A DNA stretch of 64,000 bases from Octopus vulgaris. Its lineage: Eukaryota. The DNA lies in contig OX597828.1 in NCBI GenBank assembly GCA_951406725.2, positions 12,276,001 to 12,340,000 of the forward strand. Direction: 5' to 3'. Below, in pieces: positions 52,730 to 64,000 of the stretch. The notes below the pieces were generated by a model, which was not told the DNA's origin, made no database searches, and worked only from the letters and a program-made list of their open reading frames with translations. The first letter of the stretch is position 1, and the number at the start of each line of letters is the position of its first letter. Both the position numbers and the translations under genes were made by a program.

Positions 52730-54530
52730 TCTGCGTTGCATTCATGCGGTCCTATTGATACGCAACATTCGTGTGACATTCTTCCATCGATTATGAAACA
52801 TTTTTGCAGACAGGCATTTTCTCTCTAGACCTATTTTCCTTTTCAGGTGGAAGGTGAAGAAATTCACCAACCCAGGACCAAAGATGAAAATGCCTGTCTT
52901 TATCCCTTTCACTCGTGCCTTCTAGATCCCCTCTCTTGCAATTGCTACTACGATGAGAAAGCAAATCTTACCTTCCTTCCATAGGAAATCTGGTTGATCA
53001 GTTTTTACTATTGACTCAGTCGATAGCTGTACTCTTAATGACAACAGTTGTACGGCATAAACCCACACATCTGACACCTCCGAACTCTGAACAATAGCGC
53101 GCGGGACGGTTTCCCTATCTCGCCGCCCGCATCTCAGACAGGTCGATGGGTCACGGCCACCGTACCTTGCGAGCTTGTCCCGGACAGGTAAGGCTCCTCG
53201 GTAATATTGCCATACCAAGGACTTTTAAAAGCTGTCCAGTGTCTTCGGCTAGAATGTACATTGGAACAGACTGGCCAGCTGATTATTATCGAGATCCAGG
53301 GCTTCCCCCAAGGTATCGTCATATTTCGCCTCTACCAACCCTCTATAGAAGAATGCGGTAGGACCAATACCACAGGCATTGCCCGAGCGGCGGTAAAGCA
53401 GGAGAGCCTTGCGACACTCCGTGAACCATGTACCCAACTTCGATCTACGTTAGAACCTGGTTTCCCATCCACCGAAACTAGTGAACCTGGGAAACATCCG
53501 TTTCGCCAGCGGAGACCACACCCGTTCACCATCCAAATAGAGCCACAGATGCCTCAACCTCTCTCCACAACCTGGCTTTCTCGGGATGCCGCTCAGTTTT
53601 CGCAGCAAAGGCTCAAGAGCCATCACGTACAAAATCGGAGAGAGCGGACACTCTTGACGTACCGAGCGTTTGATAATGAACGGCTTAGATAAAAAAGCAG
53701 TTCAGCTGAACTATCGAATCGATGTTGCGATAAATTTTAATGATCCGCCCGAGGAAGCCAAGACCCAGGCCGAACTGTGCCAGAACGGACACCAGATAAT
53801 GATAGTCGACCCTATCGGGCTCGTTTTTCAACTTACCTCGTTGGTTCGTCAAAGATCGAATTGGGCTTCCACCACTCGGGCCCATCCTGCAGCATTGATT
53901 CCTGCAACCCACTGCACGAAGCCTAGCCTTGGCAATACAGCCCATGTGTTGAGCTTCGAGGTGCTGGTTTAACACCAGTCTCTTAGCCGTCATCTGAGCC
54001 GCAGAACCAGTTTCCATTGCTTCCTGTAAGTCCTTAGCTAATGCTAATCCCTTCCTAGTCTCATTAGCCACTAAACCTATGCTATATCTAATAGACTCGA
54101 ATTTAATGGCTTGCTTGAGGGCATACCACCATTTATTATTAATAATGGTTAATACCCTCTGAATCAGAAACTTAATCAGGTCTCTGTACTCCTTAATCGC
54201 CAAAAGGGACGTATTAAGTTTCCAGTAGGCAGTTCCTCTAGTCTATAGCTTATCTATGTCGAGCTTACAGGTGACCATTTTATGATAACTGTAGCTGACC
54301 GGGTAGAACTGTGGACACCTATATTGTTATCTGCTTTTCTAATTAACACCCTGTCTAGGTATGACCTGGAAGATCCGTCGCTGCTTGACCATGTCCACAA
54401 TGGAGCGTTCGGAAATTCCAACCTATGTGGATCTGCCAGTTCATAGCGGCTTAGCAGATCCTAGAAGCAAGGATTACATTTCCTATCAGAACGCGAGCCA
54501 TCATAATCCACACGTGCATCGCAGATTGTG
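52730..54530 (-). pseudogene. internally deleted L1/Tx1-type LINE ORF2 remnant (APE end, RT, zf-RVT)
   Basis: DRVLIRK...YWKLNTSLL, DRVDYHYLVSVLAQFG, YVMALEPLLRKL and WQYYRGALPVRDKL...CLRCGRRDRETV. Confidence 0.85.
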
Positions 54531-57500
54531 TTGAAGTCTCTTGTCACAACTGGAGAATGTGACGTACCGATAATGTATCGTATTTATCGTTTATTGCCAC
54601 TAGAAATAGACTGTGGCAAGCTTTGGGGTTTTTTTCCGGGGTTGGAGAGAAGTGATAATTTTGCTGGGCTGGAAGAGGGCTGTTGGCGAGGTGAAATATA
54701 TAGTGACGATGAAATAAAGTACCAATCAAGTATTACGTTTTATATAACTTACAATTCCTATACCTTCGTTGTACGATCTTGTGCTAAAGTCAGAATATTT
54801 TAGGAGCTTAACAATTTCAGTATCGTGTCATAACTAAATTTTTTTGTTGAATTTACTTATATTTTGAGTTCCGAGTTCAAATCCTGCCAAGGTTAACTTT
54901 ACCTTTCTTTCCTCAGAGATTGATAAAATATACAGCAGTTAGTAATTGTGCTCGATCTTAAACGACTACACCCTGCTTCCGTCAAATTTGAGATCTTGTA
55001 TTTATGTTCGAATATCAATATTTTCAGGGTTTGGCTTTGTGCCAAAATTTGAAACCAGTATTTTCAAGATATAAAGTCAGTGTTTTCAAGAAGTAAATTA
55101 ACAATAATCATAGAATTAATATGTATTCACTATTTGGTTTTATGCAGTTTCGTTTTCTTGTTTAGCATATGTGAAGGTAAAGATCATTTCTATAGCTGAG
55201 TGAAATGGAGCGACTTGAAATGAAGTGACTTGCTCTAGAACACAACACACAATCCGGTCCAGGAATCGAACTCAGTACCTCATGATTGTAAGCCCGACGC
55301 TCTAACCACTGAGTCATGTGTAGATTTGTTAAAATGAATCACTACACTTTATTGTATCCATCTCCAACAAATCTTTGTTTTTGTCCCAGATCAACCCAGC
55401 AGCGACACATACTTGTTTAGGTTATAACGTATATAGGGCTACATTATCTTGGGTGTACATGCCTTATTCCTGTTTATATAAAGTGCTAGGGTGTTATTTG
55501 AAGAAAAGTTAGCAGAGTTGTTAGCACATCAAATAGAACGCCTCTAAATATGTGCTTCGGCTATCTGCATTCTGGATTCATATTCCTTGAAGGACAAATT
55601 TACCTTTCATTCTTTTGAGGTAGATAAAGTACCAGTCCACAGCGGACATAAAATGGCTGAATTCAGAGTCCCGGACAAGACACCCTGCGGTATCTTTTCC
55701 GATTCTCTCTGTTCTGGCGGTGGCCATTACTATAACAACATTGGTTCTTTTTTGTCCCATGAAAGAGTATCAGGTTCGTTTAGCTTGCACCCGATTGTGC
55801 ATCTTTAACGATGCATTCACATCCTTTAGATGTAGAGACTTCTACATCAATACATAGCTTCTTTTCCCTGCCCCATACGACATTATCAGATCAATTGCCA
55901 TTTACCAGATCGATATTTTTAGAGAAGAGTTACACTAGAACATTTTATGCATAAATTTGTATACAAGTATGCATAGGTTCTGACTTTGGTTTTCTCATAT
56001 GGCCATCGGGATAATCCATTCCTCGGTAGCATTTGAAATAGTTTTTACTAATAATTTCATTTCTCTGGGAGGATAGTATTTTGCAGGCATCTTTGTGGTA
56101 TTTGCTGATGATGCGTGTAATATCTTATTCTTTTATTGATCAGATATTTAGCAGCTATTTTCTGTTCTTCAACAGCAAAGGCTCATCTTTGTGAAAGGGT
56201 TGTGATGTATCTGTCACCACTCCAAAGGGCTATATCTTTTCTCTCAATATTGTTCGTATCCTCTAGCATAAGGAATTGTACCCATACATAACATTTTACG
56301 AACTTTATGAATATTTTTTTCACGTTCATGTCTCAGTACGTTAATCCTGTTCTCCTCCGAGTGATTTTCCATTAATTTTGCCGCAACGAACAACAGTTTC
56401 GTTGATGCTCTGAGTTTATGGCTAGACTGTTATACAGAATTTCCTCTAATTCATTTAACTATACCACATTACGATAGTTCTACTTGTTTACACTCCTTCT
56501 CGGCTCCACCACCACCACCTAAATAACTTTGGCTCATGTTGCCAGAGAGCATCATTTTCAAAGTGACCTGACGCTTTATTCTTCTATAAACAGTTCGTAG
56601 GTTTCATTCAAACTTGTGGTTGATATTCCTAAGTTCCCGCAAATTCTTAAGATTTCATCCTTTTCACTTACTTGGGCATCCTGTTTTAAAGAAAATATCT
56701 TATCTTCGAGTTTTCCCTCATTGGCAGTTCTCTCAGATTTAGGATTGTCTCTAACAAAAGCCGTTGTTGATTGTTCGTGAAATCAATTTTCCACTGGTTT
56801 TCCTGATACTGCCCTGGTTTTGTTCATTTATTTATTTATTTATTTATTTTATTCAACAAGGTAATTCATTCTGTCTATCATTTCAATCGATCTCTTTTAC
56901 TCCCATTTATTGGTGAATGTAATTACAACACAATACAGTAAGACTTTCACTATCCAAAAGTTCAGCCTTTCAATATGTGTTTGGTGATCTTTAACAATTT
57001 GATCGACCATGAATAACAATGAAGTCAGGAAACTTTCTATCGACTCAAATCATAATCATTTTTTTTTTTTCAGTTAGTGGTTTGTTGATGTAAACATTTC
57101 GTTTTAAATCCTGCTGCGAGCTGTTTTCATTTGTTAGTATTCCTCACTCTTTTCTGTTTGTTTGTATTCGTCTCCGTGTAATGGCGGATATTCTATCTTT
57201 GTGTTGTTGTTACCAGTTTTGTTTTGGTCGTTGTTCAAGTTTTTGGCATTTCTCTCCAGAGCAGAATCTACCCGCCTGTTCATTCTGTTATTTACAGCAG
57301 CTTCATATTGGCTGATTTTACTAGGTAAATTAGCATATTTCTTCTCAGTGAACGTAACGTGCTAACACAGTTACTTCACACTGAAATATGAGTAACTGAG
57401 ATAAGTTACCTCTCAGCAGCTCTTCGCGGTTTTCTAACCGATTGAAGGATATTCCTTTATATTTGTTTTTCTCTTTTAGAATTTGTACAGATATGATACA

Positions 57501-58404
57501 ATTCAAAAGTCCACTGAAATTTCTCTATAGATCCGCACCATGCGATTGCTGATTCTTGTTTTCTTCGTTCCCGTAGCCCATGTTCTTGTAATTTAGATGC
57601 TATGCTTATTCACTGATATAATTTTACCACTTCATTACGATTGCGATCTTCTCTAAAACGGGTTTGCTTACATTTATACTAAGAATACATTTTGTTTTTG
57701 TTTCATTAGATTTGTATTAGTGGTAAAGTGTTAGGGGATAGAATTCAATACACGAAAGAATAATAGCCCTCTATGTCTATGTATCAGACTCTGTGTGTGT
57801 GTATACGTAACTCCTAAATGTGTTGAGTGCCTTTTTCTTTCGTTGTTTTCATTCACACTTATATGTATGTATGTTTATATATATATATATGTATATTGTG
57901 TATATTGACTGCTGTTTTAAATTTTATTTTGACAGGTCACTTGTTCTGTGGCAGAAATTGTAATTAAATTTTAATATCTTGCAAATTTTCTGACGTGCCC
58001 CAGATACGATCATCAGTAATGTATGAGTTTTAGAAAAAAGTATTTTCCCAACAATCTAAGTTTAATAATATCTTTATCGCGGTAGCTTGGTACATATACC
58101 GTGATTTTATAACTAACGCACACATAACTGAAAGTGTATTTTAGGCACTGGATGATCAGGCTCATATGTTTCTTCATAACGATGCCACGTGCATAGCTGG
58201 GTATATTTTGATTTTGTGCTCCCGAACAACACTTTGAAGTCTGACTTTTTATTATTTGGATGTTGTTTATAGTCTTTTGTGTCCATGTATATTCTTTTCA
58301 GCCATCAGTCTGAATGTGTTTGTCTTTATTTGTTTTGTTTTCTTTCATAATCTCTTCCTGATTACTCTAGCTCATCATGCTCCATGGGAATGTAGTAGCT
58401 AGAG

Positions 58405-58627
58405 CAGTGATTCTAAACCATTTTACTAATGGACCCCTTTGATTTGTATTTAACTTGGATGGACCTTCATAACCATTCAATTACACCCTATTACACTTTT
58501 GTAATTAAATATTATTAATTATTTGTAAGAATTGTTAAAAATACTGTGTATTGTAAAAGTATAACCAGTTTATTGGACGCAAATTTGAGCAACAAAATCT
58601 TGTATGGACCCCGGTTGAGAGCCACTG
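58405..58627. mobile_element. hAT (Charlie-type) MITE
   Basis: TIRs cagtgattctaaacc / ggttgagagccactg; flanks agctagag / atctagac resemble the NTCTAGAN target. Confidence 0.7.
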
Positions 58628-58835
58628 ATCTAGACGATACACTCACAGTTGCCATGATATAACTAAAGTCTTCTATTTTGTGTTGCATATCCTCCGTTTG
58701 TCCTCGTCTAATGGTTTTTATGTAAAATGTACTTGGAGGCAAATTTTGACTACTTATACATCGAGGTAACATTTCAAATTAGATGTTATAAATTTGTCGA
58801 TACTCCATAGTTTTTTAGTGAGATATACTGATTTT

Positions 58836-59085
58836 GTGCTTCATGACGTAGTGGTTAAGAGCGCGGGCTACTAACCCCAAGATTCCGAGTTCGATTCCAG
58901 GCACTGAATAATAATAATAATAACAACAACAACATCGAAAGATACATTAGAAATGAGAACCCAGGCTCGAAATTTCCCCAAGACACCTGATGAAGGCTGG
59001 AGGGTATATCAGCCGAAAGGTTGTGTTAACAAACAAGATGAGGACAAATATCCGTCTATTGTAAAAAAAAAAAATGTAAATAATT
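58836..59085 (+). mobile_element. tRNA-headed SINE-like element with a 3' hammerhead motif (58982-59027)
   Basis: A box tgacgtagtggttaag, anticodon-like arm gggctactaaccc, B box gagttcgattcc, (AAT)/(AAC) linker, then gacac-CTGATGA-A-GGCTG...CAGCC-GAAAGGTT-gtgtt and an A-rich end. Confidence 0.75.
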
Positions 59086-60439
59086 TTAATTCAAAATTTT
59101 ATTTCATACTTGTACATATTCAATGCCTCGACCAAATATAATCTCTGTACATTTCAGCTGATGATGAAACATCCAGTAATATTGAGCAGTTTGCGTTTTT
59201 ATACGCTCATCCAGCTCTCAATTTGTAGTGACCAACTCAGAAGGCATAATGTAACTTTTCAGAATAAGGATTACAGAGGTATTGTCAGAGTTACGCTTGT
59301 TGTAGTCAGAGAGTTCTGTTCAAAAATAAAACCTCGAAGTATTCGTTTCTTTTTCTTTATCTCCTAATTAATGGATCTGTCATAAGTGACATTATCTACC
59401 TCTCAAGTGGCTTGTAATCCTCTCTCGAATGTAAGAGCTGTATTGCCGGGACATTCATATTTAGTTCTGTAGAGTAAAGCGCCAGTTTTCCTCGTCTTAC
59501 CACACCATAGGGCACCAAATTTTATTCCTTCTGTTATGTCGCAATACAACACAGTGGCTGTGTGAGCTACGAAATCCTCGTCGCCACTGTTATGTCGCAC
59601 GTTCGGATGCCTCTACTACTCTGCTCTAGTCTCTCAGCTGTGCTGATTCTTTATTTTGGCACTCAGGACACTAACACAGAGGGGACACTACAAGGAGAGA
59701 CACAACTCCACAGTGGGGACAATAAACATAAAACGAATGAGTATGAATTATATAATAATGAAGGATGAATGGCTGCATGGGCCCCACTCCTCATACAGTA
59801 CCGTTTGAACGTTTGTACACACAGTCTTGTCACTATATCTGTTGATCTTTTTTCTTTCCTTAATTATAGTTTTAGTTTTCGTTCTCTCAAACACTTTTTC
59901 CTTTCTTTTTTTCCTGTTTTTCCTTTTTAACGCCTCATATACGGCTCCAGCTCCAACAGATCGATTTCCGGTGGCAGCTCATTGAACTCCACCAACGCTC
60001 CGGCTGGATCAAATCTACTCCCGCACATGTCTCTAAGTTTCTTATAGGTTTCCCTATCGGCCACAATGGCCTTCACACTCTCTGGGTACACGTCGTTGGG
60101 TAACTTTACCCCTATGATCTCTCAGCTGTGCTACTGACGTCTAGGCTTCTCCCTCTATATCTATGTATTGGGCTAGCCTACTTCGTCGTCTGGGGGCATC
60201 CACACAACATCTTCCCTTGTTCGATGAACATTGAGTAATGAGATTAATAAGTTTTTTGATATCATTACAGCATGGCACTGTATAGCTTCAGGTTGTCCAC
60301 AAAGGAAACTCGAGAGATGTCTATTTCTAAAACCACTGTACTTTTCGATCAGATATAATAGTTGTGACAGGAGCACAATGAGTAACACTAACGAGCTATA
60401 ACTTTTCAGAATACCTTTTTGATATGTTTTTGTTTTTTA

Positions 60440-60702
60440 TTTATGCGCCCTTTTCAAGCCTAGCCTGACTCATGGGCCTGGTTTTCCGGTTTCTATGGCG
60501 CATGTGTTTCCCCCAGCTGGACGGGACGCCAGTCCATCGCAGCGTTACTCAAGAAACAACAAAAGAGAGTGAGAGAAAGTTGGGGTGAAAGAGTGCAATA
60601 GGGGTCGCCACCATCCCCTGCCGGAGCCTCATGGAGCTTTTAGGTATTTTCGCTCAAGAAACACGCACACAACGCCCTAACCACTGGGCCATTACGCTTC
60701 CG
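60440..60702 (-). mobile_element. SINE, same chimeric type as 30907-31200
   Basis: Reverse-complement homology, with a deletion in the head. Confidence 0.8.
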
Positions 60703-60754
60703 CTTTTGATATGTTACAGATTCGATATTTTTTTCTTTGTATTGTCATTACCTT

Positions 60755-60785
<31 letters not shown>

Positions 60786-62276
60786 AGGTATACCATCACT
60801 TCGTTAAATATTGAATTATAGCTATCAATGAATGCAGAATTTTCTCTAATTGTATCGTTTCAATAATCCAGCCATATACTATACCATCAAAGAGTTTCTT
60901 GCGCTTCAGTCTGGCAGTTCCGTCATGCTACAGCCCAGTATTCCAGCGGTCCTTTCCTGCTTCTTCTGGCATGAATTTGTTGATTACAAGCTGTTCTGTA
61001 TAGCCACATATGTTTTTATTTCATATCCCTCTATAGCTTGCTCAGATGTTTCACTATTCTTGATAGCACGATGGTTTTCTTGGAAACGATTGAGGCATGG
61101 GGACAGAGAAATGATCCAAGATGTTCTGACAGGCTACTTCATGGTTTGATTACTTTCAGGGAATGAGACTTATGGCAGTTCATAGCTATCTGGGCTCATC
61201 CAATGTACCTTCGAAGTCCTTTCCAAAAAGCGTTATCAAATAGAGGTAAAAGATGACATTCTCTCTATATAGGTATATATGTGTGTGCAGGTGTGTCATC
61301 TAGGGGCTCGTGTATTCGACTCTTGATCATTTAGTGTTACTTCAGTCTACTCGGTTGTAATAAGTACCAACCGAGTGCTGGTTCACTCACCTCTCCTTCT
61401 GGATGCTCAGCCGGGTCAAGGATTCAGTGAGTGAAAATTTGCTCATTACATAATCACCTAAAGCAATTTGCTAAAACATTGTAAATTTATAAGGTCATTG
61501 TGAATGATGGTTATGTGTGTATGTATTCCTGCTTGTCTATAACTACGTATACATATGCGTATTTGAGCTGCACTTATCTAACAAACAACATACGCTGATC
61601 GTGTATGAATCTTCTATGAATCAATATGTACAAAAATATCATGCACATAATCGTATAGTGTGCACGGATGTATTGTGTGTGTGTGTGTGTGTGTGTCCTC
61701 TTCTGGCGAGTGGAACTCATAAGCGTTTGTTGTGATGTAAATCCAGTTAAAAATTGGAAAAGTCCGATTTCAAACCTCCGGAGGAAAGATTATGGGAGTA
61801 AATGAAAAAAAAAATAAATAACAGAATCTTGATTGTCACAATTCTGTTGCTTTTGTTCATTTCTTTGTATTATTTAGCTTTGTTTCTTTGATCGTTTCTT
61901 TACTTGGATAAAGTTTTGCAATGTGTTTGTGACTAACATACTTCGTGACCAAATTAATAGCACGCCATAGTTGTCTCCTACTGTGATCGGACAACGTGTG
62001 CAACGACAGTGCTGACAAGCTATAATAGAACCTGCTGTTCCTTTCAACATCGTGCGTGTGGAAAGGGGAGACATGCCACATTGATAAATGCTTGCATTCC
62101 AAACATTCTTGACCAGAACTACAACCTGGAGAGGATAATCTGGCGCTTATATGCTACGGTGAACTAGGGTTTGATCAATTCGTAACTAGACAAATTCATC
62201 ACCAGACCAGAACACATCCTAGCCTGTTTCGAAACTCGAATGCGACCAGCTTGTTACATGGTTCTTAAACAAGGTC

Positions 62277-62582
62277 TTCTTCTTCTTAATCATTTTTGCC
62301 CCTTGTGGAGTATAGGGCCGGTATCCTGGTTTCCTTGGCGTATAGATTCCCCACCTGGACGGGACGCTGGTCCGTTGCAGGTGAGCTGCAAGATGCAGGA
62401 GGAAAGAGTGAGAGAAAGTTGTGGCGAAAGAGTCAGCAGAAGTTCGCCATTACCTTCTGCCGGAGCCATGTGGAGCTTAGGTGTTTCGCTCATAAACACA
62501 CACATCGCCCGGTCTGAGATTCGTGCCCGCGATCCCTCGACAGCGAATCTGCTGCTCTAACCACTAGGCCATGTGCCTCCAC
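62277..62582 (-). mobile_element. SINE, OR2-like
   Basis: Homologous to 33172-33474; TSD-like cttaaacaaggt / cttaacaaggt. Confidence 0.85.
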
Positions 62583-64000
62583 CTTAACAAGGTACTGAAC
62601 CCATATTAAGAAATACAAATCTTATCTGTAGATGTTAAGATCTAGGAAATAACAAATATTGAAATGTAGTATCGAAGAGAGAACAAAAGACGAAAAACAT
62701 TAAAAACAAGATCCTTACTTTTCTGCTTTTGTTTTCTGTATTTAATTTCCTTTGTTTTACTGAATACATCAAAGAAATGTACATTAAATGACATGTACAG
62801 AATTTTGATGGTTACATAAACAATAAGCTAAAATTAAAATTTATTTATTTGAAATACTATATTTTAAAATTTATGAACAACACAAATATAGCAACCAAAA
62901 CGTAAAGTAAATATCAAAAATAAGAAAATGCTTTCAAGAAATTAATTTTTGGTTCAAAACTGTAATTGTTTATCACAATTTTATTGCTTTTGTTGATATC
63001 TTTGTAGTATTTTCTTTGTTTGTTTTTTTTTTATTGGTATCTTTTCCAATGTGTCTGTGACCATCAAACATATACTTCGTAACGAAATTAAGTCTTCTGA
63101 GACGTATGTATGTATATAGGTATACATATGTGTACATATGTGCATATATACTTATACATAAATATATATGTACATATACACATTATATGAATGTGTGTTC
63201 GTGCACTTACGTATATATGTATGCTTATATGCACATATAAGTATATATGTAAATAAGCACATGTGTAAACCAGTCTCTTTCTTTCCTTTTATATGTGTCT
63301 ATGTACGTGTGTATCTGTATGTGTGTCCATAAATATAACTAAAAAAAAATGAGCTGAGACAAATACCTTAGAGTGGCCAATGGCATGAATTTGAAGAACT
63401 AATGCAAAGTTATATTAATTGACATTCAAAATAAAATATTGATATGTTGTTAATTTCACCATATTCAGGGAAGGTAAAACAATCACCTGATGACACAGGT
63501 AACAAATTCTGAAGGAGGAAATGAGATAATATCTACTGAATGATCCTGTGCAATTGACGTTCCTTTAAGTGAAACAGGTTTTCTAGCGCCAAAGCACAAC
63601 TAGGGATACATGTTTCTGTCGTGGTAGGTATGTTCACCAAAGAATTTGTCCAACTTCGTCATTGCAAACATAGGACATAGTCCTATACAAAGTGTATTTA
63701 GGAGAATTTTTATCATTAGAACGAAAATGAACAAGATGAATTAACACCATCACCAGTGGCATAAATGCATAAATTCTAACACTAAAGACATCTGAAGTTA
63801 CTATTCAAAGTGTAATTTTGATTCTCTATATTTTTTCTCTGCCAGAAAGGTTAAAACAATCGGATATCATTTCTTCGTTTTGAATCTCTCTGTCAAGCTA
63901 GTTCATGGCATATGTGTTTATGAAAGAACTAAGAATTTGCACATATTATCAGCGCCATTACATGATTGAGTGGCTTTTACAATACGAATGTGTTTTGAAT

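Noticed and set aside
55800-57600. Ancient minus-strand non-LTR retrotransposon ORF
   Set aside because: Composition is suggestive, but no diagnostic motif could be read with confidence. It needs a translated profile search.
57915-63640. Candidate small exons (ttttgacag at ~57936; cag...gt at ~63468-63498 and ~63578-63628)
   Set aside because: Splice-like signals are common by chance in AT-rich DNA, and there is no coding homology or transcript evidence.

Overview
AT-rich eukaryotic DNA saturated with microsatellites and transposons. The SINE repertoire (tRNA-headed OR1/OR2-like and related families) suggests an octopus or other cephalopod genome; this is an inference. No host protein-coding gene can be supported, and most ORF-track entries are translated microsatellites. 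Recognisable elements are several tRNA-derived SINE families, decayed Tigger/pogo, Tc1 and maT-like transposases, two L1/Tx1-type LINE remnants, three R4/Dong-type 3' ends tied to (TAA)n, non-autonomous Helitrons, and Merlin-, hAT- and mariner-like MITEs. The main signal the ORF track does not explain is a set of at least 8 well-formed and about 6 degenerate type I hammerhead-ribozyme (HHR) motifs read directly from the sequence. Most lie in short non-coding modules, mostly unrelated in sequence, that often sit in or beside (TA)n tracts. These modules are arranged as foldback or inverted repeats, as a head-to-head pair of circularly permuted ~485-nt units, or behind a tRNA-like Pol III head. 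This looks like a diverse population of Penelope-dependent or retrozyme-like small ribozyme retroelements. All folds were paired by eye and none has been tested for activity.
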